Assembly: GCA_009784235.1 (NCBI GenBank)
Contig: WRCC01000003.1
Span: 72,984-136,983 of the forward strand
Length of the DNA: 64,000 nt
Reading direction: 5' to 3'
Source of the DNA: Alphaproteobacteria bacterium
GTDB lineage: Bacteria > Pseudomonadota > Alphaproteobacteria > Rs-D84
The notes under the pieces: generated by a model
Seen by the model: only the letters and a program-made list of their open reading frames with translations
Told to the model about the DNA's origin: nothing
Database searches by the model: none
Translations under genes and position numbers: made by a program
Shown here: positions 1 to 9,591 of the stretch, in pieces
Layout: every line of letters begins with the position of its first letter
How positions within the stretch are numbered: the stretch's first letter is position 1

Positions 1-474
1 AGCAGAACGAGCCAATTGACCGCCCGCGCCTGGTTTCAATTCCACGTTATGCACGATTGTACCAATCGGCATATTTTTCAGCGGCATGGCGTTACCTGGC
101 TTGATATCCGCATGTTCCGCAGAAATCACAACATCGCCAATCGCCAACTTACGCGGCGCGATGATATATGCTTTTTCGCCGTCTTTGTATTCAACCAATG
201 CAATGAATGCTGTGCGGTTCGGATCATATTCCAAACGGGAAACTGTTGCTGGCACGTCTTTTTTCGTGCGCTTGAAATCAATCAAGCGATAGCTGCGTTT
301 ATGTCCGCCACCTTGGTGCGGAACAGTAACATGTCCGAAATTATTGCGTCCGCCCTTGGATTTCAATCCAACGGTCAAAGATTTTTCCGGTTTGCCGCGA
401 TGCAATTCACTGCGGTCCACCAGTACAAGACCGCGCATTCCGGGCGTATTTGGTTTATATTGTTTCAGTGCCAT
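1..474 (-). CDS. rplB: 50S ribosomal protein L2, N-terminal part; gene runs off the left edge of the window
   Basis: The reverse-strand translation from the ATG at 474 reads [69 protein letters not shown], a typical L2 N-terminus. It lies directly downstream of rplW in the S10 operon order. Confidence 0.95.
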   Translation of the reverse strand, partial: MALKQYKPNTPGMRGLVLVDRSELHRGKPEKSLTVGLKSKGGRNNFGHVTVPHQGGGHKRSYRLIDFKRTKKDVPATVSRLEYDPNRTAFIALVEYKDGEKAYIIAPRKLAIGDVVISAEHADIKPGNAMPLKNMPIGTIVHNVELKPGAGGQLARSA

Positions 475-536
475 AACTTTTTACCTTTACTATACTTTGG
501 CAATAGCATCACGACGGATTATCTGCCAAAGCGTTA

Positions 537-881
537 TTATGCCGCCGCATTCGCGATTTCGATTTTCGCGTCTTTCGGCAAAGTGATGTATGCCTTTTTG
601 ACGGTTTTTTGTGTGCCTTTGGATTTGCCACGGAAAGTTTTGACTTTTCCTTTGATATTGGCAATGTTCACTTTTTCAGGCGCGACATTATATATCGCTT
701 TGATTGCCTTTGCAACTTCTTTCTTGCCGGCGCGTGGGTCGATTTCAAAAACCAATCCGTTTGATTCCGCCAATTTTGCAGACTTTTCAGAAATCACCGG
801 CCGGCGCAAGATATCATACATACCCGCGGTCGCGACAACTTTTTTTTCTGTTTTATTTTCAACTGTTTTTTTTGTTGCCAT
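537..881 (-). CDS. rplW: 50S ribosomal protein L23. The ATG at 881 gives MATKKT; the ORF track's longer 537..905 form uses a TTG.
   Basis: L23-like sequence (YDILRRPVISEKS...) in S10-operon position between rplD and rplB. The ATG sits 1 nt after the rplD stop. Confidence 0.88.
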   Translation of the reverse strand: MATKKTVENKTEKKVVATAGMYDILRRPVISEKSAKLAESNGLVFEIDPRAGKKEVAKAIKAIYNVAPEKVNIANIKGKVKTFRGKSKGTQKTVKKAYITLPKDAKIEIANAAA

Positions 882-882
882 T

Positions 883-1506
883 TTATTCACCCAATCTTTT
901 TTCAATCGCTGCCACGCCTTCTTTGGTCAAGACCAAGTTTTTGTGTTTCAAAATATCCATGACATTCAAGCCAATTGTCGGCAAAACATCAATATACGGA
1001 ATATTCGCAACAGATTTTTTGAAATTCGTATCCAATGCATCCGCACCAACAAACAATGCCGATGTTAATTTCAATTTTTGCAACGTTTTTGCCATCGCAC
1101 CGGTTTTCGCCGCCGCAACTTTTTCAGAATCAATAACAATCAATTCACCGGATTTGATTTTGGATGACAAAGCCATTTTCAGACCCAGGCTGCGAATTTT
1201 CTTTGGCAAATCGGTCGCATGTGAACGAACGACTGGTCCATGAATAACGCCACCACCACGCATGTGAACATTTTGTCTTTCACCCTGACGTGCACGTCCT
1301 GTTTTTTTCTGTTTGACCATTTTTTTGGACGAACCTGCAACATCAGCCACTGATTTCACAGCGTGCGTGCCGGCGCGTGCATTTGCACGTTGCCATGTCA
1401 CGACGCGATGCAGTATATCCGCGCGCGGTTCCAGTCCGAATATGGCATCGTTCAAGTCTGCTTTGCCGACCGCTTTGCCATCAAAATTTATAATATCGAT
1501 TTGCAT
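883..1506 (-). CDS. rplD: 50S ribosomal protein L4
   Basis: 207-aa L4-like protein (MQIDIINFDGKAVGK...KKTGRARQG...) in S10-operon position. Confidence 0.95.
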   Translation of the reverse strand: MQIDIINFDGKAVGKADLNDAIFGLEPRADILHRVVTWQRANARAGTHAVKSVADVAGSSKKMVKQKKTGRARQGERQNVHMRGGGVIHGPVVRSHATDLPKKIRSLGLKMALSSKIKSGELIVIDSEKVAAAKTGAMAKTLQKLKLTSALFVGADALDTNFKKSVANIPYIDVLPTIGLNVMDILKHKNLVLTKEGVAAIEKRLGE

Positions 1507-1508
1507 GA

Positions 1509-2294
1509 TTATTCACCCTGCCCTTCTGCTGCGACTTCTTCTGTTGCGGCTTCTTCAACCGATGGCGCTGCTTCCTCTTCAACTTCCGCTGCTGGTTCTT
1601 CTTTTACTTCTTCAACTTTTGCGGATTTCGATTTCGTTGGAATCGGCAAATCTTTATGTTCTTTTTTAATCGCATCAGTAATCAGAACGAAAGTTCCATT
1701 TGCGCCCGGCACAGCACCGGCAACATAAATCAAATTATCTTCTTCGTTAATGCCAAAAATTTTCAAGTTTTGAACGGTCATGGTTTCATTACCCATTTGA
1801 CCCGCCATCTTTTTACCTTTGAAAACACGACCCGGCCATTCGCGCATACCGGTACCGCCCAAAGAACGGTGTGCTTTCAGAACGCCGTGCGATGCTTCGA
1901 GTCCGGCGAAATTATGACGTTTCATCGCGCCTTGGAAACCTTTACCTTTGCTGGTTCCTTGGACGTCAACGAATTGACCAGCAATAAAATGTCCCGCGAC
2001 CAAAGAAGTTCCAACTGGAATCACGCAATCATCCGAAACGCGGAATTCAACGACTTTGCGATATGGTTTCACGCCCGCTTTTTGCGCCGCAACCAATTGC
2101 GGTTTCGCGGTGTGTTTTTCTTTGGCTTCTTGGAAACCCAATTGAACCGCGACATAGCCATGTTTATCCATGTTGCGATTGCCAATTACGGCACAATCAC
2201 CAACAGACAATACAGTCACCGGTGTCGAATTGCCCGCATCATCGTACAGACGCGTCATTCCGATTTTCTTTGTTATCAATCCCGAACGTTTCAT
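1509..2294 (-). CDS. rplC: 50S ribosomal protein L3 with an unusual ~45-aa acidic Glu/Ala-rich C-terminal tail
   Basis: 261 aa; MKRSGLITKKIGMTRLYD... is canonical L3. The C-terminus ...EEVKEEPAAEVEEEAAPSVEEAATEEVAAEGQGE is low-complexity and acidic. Confidence 0.95.
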   Translation of the reverse strand: MKRSGLITKKIGMTRLYDDAGNSTPVTVLSVGDCAVIGNRNMDKHGYVAVQLGFQEAKEKHTAKPQLVAAQKAGVKPYRKVVEFRVSDDCVIPVGTSLVAGHFIAGQFVDVQGTSKGKGFQGAMKRHNFAGLEASHGVLKAHRSLGGTGMREWPGRVFKGKKMAGQMGNETMTVQNLKIFGINEEDNLIYVAGAVPGANGTFVLITDAIKKEHKDLPIPTKSKSAKVEEVKEEPAAEVEEEAAPSVEEAATEEVAAEGQGE

Positions 2295-2308
2295 TTTATA
2301 TGCCTTTC

Positions 2309-2620
2309 TTATAATTTAATCTTCACATCCACACCGGACGCCAAATCCAACTTCATCAAGGCATCGACTGTCTGAGGGGTTGGATTAACAATATCAATAA
2401 CCCGTTTATGATTACGGATTTCGAATTGTTCACGGGATTTTTTATCCACGTGCGGGGAACGGTTGACTGTAAACTTTTGAATATTGGTCGGCAAAGGAAT
2501 CGGCCCCAGCACTTCCGCGCCAGTCCGGTCAGCCGCAGCCACGATAGAACGAACTGAATCATTCAGCACACGATGGTCAAACGCGGTCAATTTAATACGA
2601 ATTTTCTGTGACGGAACCAT
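2309..2620 (-). CDS. rpsJ: 30S ribosomal protein S10
   Basis: 103-aa S10 ([14 protein letters not shown]...). It is the first gene of the S10 operon. Confidence 0.97.
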   Translation of the reverse strand: MVPSQKIRIKLTAFDHRVLNDSVRSIVAAADRTGAEVLGPIPLPTNIQKFTVNRSPHVDKKSREQFEIRNHKRVIDIVNPTPQTVDALMKLDLASGVDVKIKL

Positions 2621-2641
2621 TTTCTTTACCTTACTTTGTTT

Positions 2642-2712
2642 AAGGTTGAAGTAGGAAGTTTGAAGTTTGAAGAATTTTTACATCCTCCTACTTCAAACTT
2701 CAACCTTCAAAC
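2642..2712. repeat. Imperfect palindromic intergenic element of the GAAGTAGGAAG / GTTTGAAG family (copy 1), in the tuf-rpsJ spacer
   Basis: aaggttgaagtaggaagtttgaagtttgaag ... catcctcctacttcaaacttcaaccttcaaac forms a stem-loop. Related copies are at 20553..20622 and 46689..46719. Confidence 0.7.
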
Positions 2713-2713
2713 T

Positions 2714-3901
2714 TTATTTGATAACCTTCGCAACAACACCGGAACCGACTGTGCGTCCGCCTTCACGGATAGCAAAGCGGCGGCCTTCTTCCATAGCAAT
2801 CGGTGCAATCAATTTAACAGTGATACGCACGTTGTCGCCTGGCAAGACCATTTCTTTGTCTTTTGGCAATTCAATTGTGCCGGTGACGTCGGTCGTGCTG
2901 AAGTAGAACTGTGGACGATAGTTGCTGAAGAACGCTGTATGACGGCCGCCTTCGTCTTTCGTCAAGATATAAACTTCGGATTCAAATTCGGTGTGCGGTT
3001 GGATAGAACCCGGTTTGCACAGAATTTGGCCACGTTCGACATCTTCTTTTTTCGTACCGCGCAACAGCAATCCAACATTGTCGCCTGCTTCGCCGGTGTC
3101 CAGCAATTTGCGGAACATTTCAACGCCGGTGATGGTTGTTTTGGCTGTTGGACGCAGACCGACGATTTCAACTTCTTCGCCGACTTTGACAACACCGGTT
3201 TCGATACGGCCGGTAACAACAGTACCACGGCCGGTAATCGAAAATACGTCTTCAACAGGCATCAAGAACGGTTTGTCAATCGGACGTTCTGGCAACGGAA
3301 CATAAGTGTCCAGCGCGTTCATCAAGTTGTCAATGGCTTCTTTGCCCAGGCCGTCGTTTTTACCTTCGACAGCGGACACAGCGGAACCACGGATAATCGG
3401 TGTGTTTTCGCCGTCAAATCCGTTTGCAGACAACAATTCGCGCAATTCCATTTCGACCAATTCCAACAATTCTTCGTCTTTGGCCAAATCGCATTTGTTC
3501 AAGAACACGACGATTTTACCGATACCAACCTGGCGCGCCAACAAGACGTGTTCGCGTGTCTGTGGCATCGGACCGTCGGTCGCAGCACAAACCAAGATTG
3601 CAGCATCCATCTGCGCGGCACCGGTAATCATGTTTTTAACATAGTCCGCGTGTCCCGGGCAGTCAACGTGCGCATAGTGACGTTCTGCGGATTCATATTC
3701 AACGTGCGATGTGTTAATTGTTATGCCACGTGATTTTTCTTCTGGGGCATTGTCAATTTCTGTAACGCCTTTGTTTTTATCAGCACCAACGCCATAGTAA
3801 TGAACGATGGCAGCGGTCAATGTGGTTTTACCATGGTCAACGTGTCCAACGGTTCCAACGTTAACGTGCGGCTTGCTTCTTACGAACTTTTCTTTGGCCA
3901 T
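2714..3901 (-). CDS. tuf: Elongation factor Tu
   Basis: 395 aa; [32 protein letters not shown]...; G-domain motifs are present. Confidence 0.98.
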   Translation of the reverse strand: MAKEKFVRSKPHVNVGTVGHVDHGKTTLTAAIVHYYGVGADKNKGVTEIDNAPEEKSRGITINTSHVEYESAERHYAHVDCPGHADYVKNMITGAAQMDAAILVCAATDGPMPQTREHVLLARQVGIGKIVVFLNKCDLAKDEELLELVEMELRELLSANGFDGENTPIIRGSAVSAVEGKNDGLGKEAIDNLMNALDTYVPLPERPIDKPFLMPVEDVFSITGRGTVVTGRIETGVVKVGEEVEIVGLRPTAKTTITGVEMFRKLLDTGEAGDNVGLLLRGTKKEDVERGQILCKPGSIQPHTEFESEVYILTKDEGGRHTAFFSNYRPQFYFSTTDVTGTIELPKDKEMVLPGDNVRITVKLIAPIAMEEGRRFAIREGGRTVGSGVVAKVIK

Positions 3902-3939
3902 AGTTTTCTCCTTTGGCTGTTGTTTTTTATTTAATTTGT

Positions 3940-6021
3940 TTACTTGTTATGTTTTTTAATAACATCTTCGACTACGTTCGTCGGCACTTCGGAATAATGC
4001 GACAATTCCATATATGGATTGGCGCGACCTTGTGACAATGAACGCAATGTTTTGATATACCCGAACAGATTGGCCAGCGGGACATAGGCGTCGATAACCT
4101 GTGCGCCAAATTCCATTTTCATCCCGTTGATTTGACCGCGGCGGGAATTCAAATCACCAATGATGTCGCCTGTGTATTCTTCGGGCGTATTGACCGACAA
4201 TTTCATAATCGGTTCCAGCAACTTTGGTTTGGATTCCTGCATCGCTTCGCGGAATGCGGCGCGTGCGGCTATTTCAAAGCACAGAACGTTCGAATCGACT
4301 TCGTGATATTTTCCGTCAATCAACGTTGCCTTGAAATCTACGGTCGGATATCCCAACAAAGTTCCGGTATTCTGAGCCAAACGCAGCCCTTTTTCAACAC
4401 CCGGGATATATTCGCGCGGAACTGCGCCACCGACAATTTTGTTTTCGAATTCATAACCGGAACCTGGTTCCAATGGTTCAAATTCAATTTTAACCTGGGC
4501 ATATTGACCGGAACCACCAGATTGCTTTTTATGCGTGTAATCTTTGGATATCGGACGGCCGAATGCTTCGCGATATGCAATGCGTGGTTCGCCAATGTTT
4601 GCTTCGACCTTGAATTCGCGGAACAAACGGTCAACCAGAATTTCCAAGTGCAATTCACCGACACCCGCCAAAATTGTTTGGCCGGATTCTTGGTCAACAG
4701 ACACGCGGAACGATGGGTCTTCTTTGGCCAATGCTTGCAGTCCCAGCGCCATTTTTTCAATGTCCGCTTTTGCTTTTGGTTCAATCGCCAATTGCATAAC
4801 CGGCTCTGGAATATGAATGCGTTGCAAGATAACTGGTTTCTGTTCATCACACAAAGTATCACCAGTAATGGTATCTTTCAGACCGACCAGAACAACGATG
4901 TCACCCGCCGATGCTTCTTTGATTTCTTCACGGTTATTTGAATGCATCAACAGCATGCGGCCAACACGTTCACGTTTGTCTTTGGATGAATTATAAACAT
5001 ACGAACCCGACATCAATTTACCCGAGAAAATACGAATAAACATAATGTTTCCAACATACGGGTCGTTTGCGATTTTGAACGCCAGCGCGCTGAACGGTTC
5101 GGTCGCGTCCGCATGACGAACTTCTTCGGTTTCGCCGTCCATCTTGACACCCTTGATGGCTTCGATATCCATCGGGGATGGCAAATAATCAACAATCGCG
5201 TCCAACAACGGTTGCACACCAACGTTACGGAATGCGGTACCATTTAATACGGGGTTGAAATTCTGATTAATTGTACCTTGACGGATTAATCTTTTCAGTG
5301 TCGCAACGTCTGGTTTTGTGCCGCCCATGTATGCTTCCATAACTGCATCATCCAGCATAACGACTTCTTCGATTAATTTTTCATGCAGTTCATCCGCTTT
5401 GGCACGCAAGTCTTCTGGGATTTCTGTGATTTTCGGTTCTTTACCAGACCAGTCTTCCCAAACAATCGCACGCATTTCGACAACATCGACAACGCCACGA
5501 TAATCATTTTCTGCGCCAATCGGGAAATTGATAACCAGCGGATTCGCACCCAAACGTTCACGTATCATATCGACACAGCGGAAAAAGTCACCACCGATGC
5601 GGTCCATTTTATTAACAAAGCAAATACGTGGAACCGCGTAACGGTCGGCTTGGCGCCAAACTGTTTCTGTTTGTGGTTGAACACCCGACACGGATTCGAA
5701 TACTGCGACCGCACCGTCAAGCACGCGCAACGAACGTTCGACTTCAATTGTAAAGTCAACGTGTCCCGGTGTGTCAATCAGGTTAATGCGATGGTCGCGC
5801 CAGAAAGTCGTCGTGGCCGCGGATGTAATGGTGATGCCGCGTTCTTGCTCTTGTTCCATCCAGTCCATGGTCGCACCGCCATCATGAACTTCGCCGATTT
5901 TGTATGTTTTTCCGGTAAAGAACAAAATGCGTTCAGACGTCGTTGTTTTTCCGGCGTCAATATGCGCCATAATTCCAACGTTGCGGTACATGTGTAAAGG
6001 TGCGGTTTTTCCAAGAGCCAT
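3940..6021 (-). CDS. fusA: Elongation factor G
   Basis: 693 aa; [16 protein letters not shown]...; lies in the str operon upstream of tuf. Confidence 0.98.
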   Translation of the reverse strand: MALGKTAPLHMYRNVGIMAHIDAGKTTTSERILFFTGKTYKIGEVHDGGATMDWMEQEQERGITITSAATTTFWRDHRINLIDTPGHVDFTIEVERSLRVLDGAVAVFESVSGVQPQTETVWRQADRYAVPRICFVNKMDRIGGDFFRCVDMIRERLGANPLVINFPIGAENDYRGVVDVVEMRAIVWEDWSGKEPKITEIPEDLRAKADELHEKLIEEVVMLDDAVMEAYMGGTKPDVATLKRLIRQGTINQNFNPVLNGTAFRNVGVQPLLDAIVDYLPSPMDIEAIKGVKMDGETEEVRHADATEPFSALAFKIANDPYVGNIMFIRIFSGKLMSGSYVYNSSKDKRERVGRMLLMHSNNREEIKEASAGDIVVLVGLKDTITGDTLCDEQKPVILQRIHIPEPVMQLAIEPKAKADIEKMALGLQALAKEDPSFRVSVDQESGQTILAGVGELHLEILVDRLFREFKVEANIGEPRIAYREAFGRPISKDYTHKKQSGGSGQYAQVKIEFEPLEPGSGYEFENKIVGGAVPREYIPGVEKGLRLAQNTGTLLGYPTVDFKATLIDGKYHEVDSNVLCFEIAARAAFREAMQESKPKLLEPIMKLSVNTPEEYTGDIIGDLNSRRGQINGMKMEFGAQVIDAYVPLANLFGYIKTLRSLSQGRANPYMELSHYSEVPTNVVEDVIKKHNK

Positions 6022-6045
6022 TGTTTTAAATCCTGTACTTTAATT

Positions 6046-6519
6046 TTACCAGCGGAAGTGTGCGAATGCTTTGTTCGCTTCTGCCATTTTGTGTGTGTCA
6101 ATTTTTTTCTTGAATGCGTTGCCGGTGTTATTCAGTGCATCACGCAATTCAGCAAATAATCTTTCTTCCATACTACGTTCGCCGCGTTTGCGCGCAAACA
6201 TGATAATCCAACGCAGGGCCAAAGTCTGTTGACGTTCTTTGCGAACTTCGACCGGAACTTGGTATGTGGCACCGCCGACGCGGCGACCTTTGACTTCGAC
6301 GCTTGGTTTGATTGCATCAATTGCATCCAAGAACGCGACCAGTTCATTACCGTCTTTGGCGACCTTTTTCAATCTTTCCATTGCGCCATATACAATACCT
6401 TCGGCGACTTCCTTTTTACCATCCCACATGACAATATTGATGATTTTTGCAACGACCAGATTGTTGTATTTTGAATCTGGCAGAATTTCGCGTTTGATTG
6501 CTCTGTTACGTCTTGACAT
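6046..6519 (-). CDS. rpsG: 30S ribosomal protein S7
   Basis: 157 aa; [20 protein letters not shown]...; a GGAA ribosome-binding site sits upstream. Confidence 0.97.
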   Translation of the reverse strand: MSRRNRAIKREILPDSKYNNLVVAKIINIVMWDGKKEVAEGIVYGAMERLKKVAKDGNELVAFLDAIDAIKPSVEVKGRRVGGATYQVPVEVRKERQQTLALRWIIMFARKRGERSMEERLFAELRDALNNTGNAFKKKIDTHKMAEANKAFAHFRW

Positions 6520-6568
6520 TTTTATTTCCTTTCTTCACCCGTTTCCGGATTACTCATAAGTTATCAAC

Positions 6569-6943
6569 TTATGCTTTCTTTGTTTTTGCACCGTACAATG
6601 AACGGCTTTGTTTTCTTGCGTTAACGCCCTGGGTGTCCAGAACGCCGCGAATGATATGATATTTAACACCTGGCAAGTCTTTTACTTTGCCACCGCGAAT
6701 CATAACGACGCTGTGTTCTTGCAGATTGTGGCCTTCGCCTGGGATATATGCCGTAACTTCGTGACCATTCGCCAATTTAACGCGGGCGACTTTACGTTGG
6801 GCCGAGTTTGGTTTTTTCGGTGTAGTCGTATAAACACGTGTGCACACGCCGCGTTTTTGCGGGTTGCCTTTCATGTCCGGTGATTTCGAACGATTCGCAA
6901 TTTTCTTGCGCGGTTTCCGAATCAGTTGGTTGACGGTTGGCAT
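6569..6943 (-). CDS. rpsL: 30S ribosomal protein S12. I use the start [14 protein letters not shown] at the ATG at 6943; the ORF track extends further 5'.
   Basis: S12 hallmark sequence, with an upstream AAAGAG ribosome-binding site. Confidence 0.93.
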   Translation of the reverse strand: MPTVNQLIRKPRKKIANRSKSPDMKGNPQKRGVCTRVYTTTPKKPNSAQRKVARVKLANGHEVTAYIPGEGHNLQEHSVVMIRGGKVKDLPGVKYHIIRGVLDTQGVNARKQSRSLYGAKTKKA

Positions 6944-7167
6944 TAAAAAACTCTTTGTTTTCTGGGGCTTTTGGGGCACCCTGGTTGCTTTTTATCTACG
7001 CAAAGCCACGCCTGCGGTTTATTTTCTCCACACTTGTGGGAATTATAAACCGTTGATTTTCGCGGATTTCCGTGATTTCCCTTGCGCCAGCATCGCGCAA
7101 AGTCCAGACAGTATAAGGGCAAGCAATCCTATTGTCAAGAAAAAATGCGCATCTTCGGTGTTTTTGT

Positions 7168-7302
7168 CAGTGTAAAAGTGTAAGAGTGTAAAAAGTGTAA
7201 AAGTTTTTTTAAAACTCGTCGCGCAAAGCGCGACACATTCACTATTTGCACTAAGCAAAATTGCAAAGCAATTTTGCGATTACACTTTTATACTTTTACA
7301 CT
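7168..7302. repeat. ~135-bp intergenic repeat element (copy 1 of 2): GTGTAAAAG-type units at the left, a central GTCGCGCAAAGCGCGAC palindrome, and the inverted TTACACTTTT units at the right
   Basis: A second copy at 23233..23358 has the same architecture. Copy 1 also carries a perfect palindrome gcaaaattgc-aaa-gcaattttgc at 7254..7276. Confidence 0.75.
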
Positions 7303-7333
7303 AAAAAATCCCGGCAATTGCCGGGATTTTTTG
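7303..7333 (-). terminator. Rho-independent terminator for the OMP gene 7348..8085; it reads as a terminator in both directions
   Basis: aaaaaat-cccggcaattgccggg-attttttg. Confidence 0.75.
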
Positions 7334-7347
7334 TTTGTTGTTCTGTA

Positions 7348-8085
7348 TTAGAACTGGACCCCAAAGCGAACGCCCAAGCCGACGTCTTTGTCGCCGTCTT
7401 GCAAGAATTCGTATGTGACATAACCGCCCAAGTACATATCGTCCGTGAAGTTATAGTTCACGCCCAATTTACCGGTCAGTGTATCTGCATCGGTTGGGAC
7501 ACCGTCTGTGATGGACAAGATGTCATATGTCAAGCCAGCAACAACGTTCCAGTTGTTGTCAATCAGGTATTGACCAGACAAGCCCAAGGCCAGCGAGCGC
7601 AGACCTTCATCGCCCCAGTTGAATGCTTCGGTATTGGTGTATCCGTAAACAACGGAACCGGCCAATGTCCAGTCACGTGTAACGTAACCACCACGAACGC
7701 CAGCAGACCATGTGTACAGGTTGGCATCTTTGTCATAGAAGTTGTTACCCAGAACGGTCAAGTTACCGACGATGTCGGCTTTCCAGTTGCCCATGTCCAA
7801 CGCGCGGAACGCGGCACCCAGATCAACAGAAGACCATGCAAATTCGTTGAATTCGTCATACAATGCAACAGATGTGCCGACATAGACGGCCAATTTGTTG
7901 GTGATACCGTATCCGAACTGTGTTCCCAGGCCTGCGCCTTCGAACGCTGTATCGGTTACCAAATCAGTCACGCTATAGAACGTGCCAGCGGTTGGCAAAT
8001 ACAACGGATTGTCGTTGATTGCACCGGCGGACGCCGCAGTCGCGACACCCATGGCAACCAATGATGTTAACAGGATTTTCTTCAT
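7348..8085 (-). CDS. Outer-membrane beta-barrel protein (porin/OmpA-like barrel), with signal peptide and C-terminal ...FGVQF
   Basis: The N-terminus MKKILLTSLVAMGVATAASA is a signal peptide. The sequence has alternating amphipathic segments and a terminal Phe. It is a paralog of the C-terminal domain of 8430..9419. Confidence 0.75.
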   Translation of the reverse strand: MKKILLTSLVAMGVATAASAGAINDNPLYLPTAGTFYSVTDLVTDTAFEGAGLGTQFGYGITNKLAVYVGTSVALYDEFNEFAWSSVDLGAAFRALDMGNWKADIVGNLTVLGNNFYDKDANLYTWSAGVRGGYVTRDWTLAGSVVYGYTNTEAFNWGDEGLRSLALGLSGQYLIDNNWNVVAGLTYDILSITDGVPTDADTLTGKLGVNYNFTDDMYLGGYVTYEFLQDGDKDVGLGVRFGVQF

Positions 8086-8227
8086 TTTCCTTTCCTTTGG
8101 TTAGGTTTAAAGAGTAGATAGGTATTCCACCTATTGAACCAAGCTTAGTACATTGAAAATAAAAAGCAAAGGACTTTTTTCATAAAAAAGTAAAAAAGTA
8201 TAACGGATGATAACAATGAAAAATAGT

Positions 8228-8341
8228 TGTCATTGCGAGGAGCAAACGCGTACGCACAACGTGGCGTTTGCAAACGAAGCAATCCAGTTAATAATGAAAA
8301 TAACCTATTACTGGATTGCTTCGCATGCGCTCGCAATGACA
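8228..8341. promoter_or_regulatory. Long nested inverted repeat (~115 bp) in the spacer between two paralogous OMP genes. It could be a structured leader RNA or a small RNA.
   Basis: The outer arms tgtcattgcgag...gaagcaatccagt / actggattgcttc...ctcgcaatgaca are complementary. The left arm carries an inner hairpin gcaaacgcg...cgcgtttgc. A second 10-bp palindrome attacattgc/gcaatgtaat follows at 8343..8375. Confidence 0.5.
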
Positions 8342-8374
8342 AATTACATTGCCGCGCTGCGCTGTGCAATGTAA

Positions 8375-8408
8375 TAAAAACACGGGGGCAAGCCCCCCGT
8401 GTTTTTGG
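8375..8408 (-). terminator. Rho-independent terminator downstream of the LysM-OMP gene
   Basis: aaaaa-cacgggggc-aag-cccccgtg-ttttt. Confidence 0.8.
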
Positions 8409-8429
8409 TTTTAATTACATTACATTTAA

Positions 8430-9419
8430 TTAAAATTCAATTCCAAATTGCAAAGCCAAACCTGTGTCATCAGCCAGCTTGCCGGACTTTTCGCCCATGG
8501 CTTGGGTGGCATACAGACCCAGATATGCAGTGTTGGTAAAGTTATAGTTCACACCCAATTTACCGGTGAAATAATTTTCAATGAATTCCGGCATTTCGTA
8601 TGTGATACCTGCAACAACGTTCCAACGTTTGGTGAATACATATTGTCCTTCGGCACCAACGCGGTATGTTTTAAATCCGTCGAACGTATCGCCGACACCC
8701 GGGATGGTCAGCCAGTCATATTCGAACAAGCCCGCCAATGTCCAGCCGCATGTCGTGTAACCGAATTTGGTTCCAGCGGTCCAGTTGTATGCACCGGTAA
8801 AGAAGCGGCCATCAATCGAATCGATAACGCCCAGCTGGTTGAATTTTCCATACACATCACCTTTCCAATTTTTATCATTCAGATAACGGAAAGACAGACC
8901 TGCGCCGTATGAATCCCATGAATAGTCATCAAATTTATATGTCGAACCGGCCAAGTTCACGAACAAAGACAATCTGTCTGTGATGCCATAGCCAAGTTCA
9001 GTGCCCAGACCCCAGATGTCAAACGCTGTGTCTGTGCCCAGTGTGGTGATGCTGTAAAAGCGACCGGCAGCCGGACGATACAACGGATTTCCATCCAGAA
9101 CATTTTCGCATGCAGCGCATGTTTTTTCTTTGGCTGCTTTGACAACTGGTTGCGATTCGATTTTCGCAGGTGCTTCTTTGACTTCGGCAACTTTGGCAGT
9201 TGTGGTTGCGCGGCGGTCAGAAACGTTTATTACTTGGCCGATTTCGATTTGATTCAAATTTGAAATTTGTGGATTCAAATCTGCAATCTGTTGCAAAGTC
9301 ATTCCGTGTTTAACAGCAATTTTGGACAACCAATCACCTTTTTGAACGGTATAGGTTGCGGCCACAGCGGAACCAGCAATCAGCATGGAACCAGCAGAAA
9401 GTAAAACGATTTTTTTCAT
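8430..9419 (-). CDS. LysM-domain outer-membrane beta-barrel protein (signal peptide, LysM, Ala/Lys-rich linker, then OMP barrel ending FGIEF)
   Basis: YTVQKGDWLSKIAVKHGMTLQQIADLNP is a LysM motif. The C-terminal ~230 aa are paralogous to 7348..8085 (GVNYNFT...). Confidence 0.75.
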   Translation of the reverse strand: MKKIVLLSAGSMLIAGSAVAATYTVQKGDWLSKIAVKHGMTLQQIADLNPQISNLNQIEIGQVINVSDRRATTTAKVAEVKEAPAKIESQPVVKAAKEKTCAACENVLDGNPLYRPAAGRFYSITTLGTDTAFDIWGLGTELGYGITDRLSLFVNLAGSTYKFDDYSWDSYGAGLSFRYLNDKNWKGDVYGKFNQLGVIDSIDGRFFTGAYNWTAGTKFGYTTCGWTLAGLFEYDWLTIPGVGDTFDGFKTYRVGAEGQYVFTKRWNVVAGITYEMPEFIENYFTGKLGVNYNFTNTAYLGLYATQAMGEKSGKLADDTGLALQFGIEF

Positions 9420-9540
9420 ATAGAACTCCTGTTCTGGGTTAACGGTATGAATTTTATCCTAATGCAAAAATAAATCAAGAAAAATATAACAATTGAATTT
9501 ATTCTATTCATTGGTCACACCACATTGTGCAATGCAATAA

Positions 9541-9570
9541 AAACATCCCACTGTGGTGGGATGTTTTTCA
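9541..9570 (-). terminator. Rho-independent terminator downstream of the OMP gene 9592..10470
   Basis: Hairpin acatcccactgtggtgggatgt at 9544..9564, flanked by an A-run and a T-run. Confidence 0.75.
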
Positions 9571-9591
9571 TTCTGAAATTGCTTTGTAATT

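Noticed and set aside
16-1068. 350-aa plus-strand ORF across the rplB/rplW/rplD region
   Set aside because: It is antisense to three well-supported ribosomal protein genes. Its amino-acid composition is odd and it has no ribosome-binding site. It is spurious.
2636-3733. 365-aa plus-strand ORF antisense to tuf
   Set aside because: It overlaps EF-Tu, a certain gene, on the opposite strand. It is an antisense artefact.
7261-8064. 267-aa plus-strand ORF antisense to the OMP gene; similar antisense ORFs lie inside the Pmp gene (for example 50338..51030) and ftsK (31458..32081)
   Set aside because: These are mirror-strand ORFs of repetitive or GC-balanced coding regions. Each lacks a ribosome-binding site and a plausible domain.
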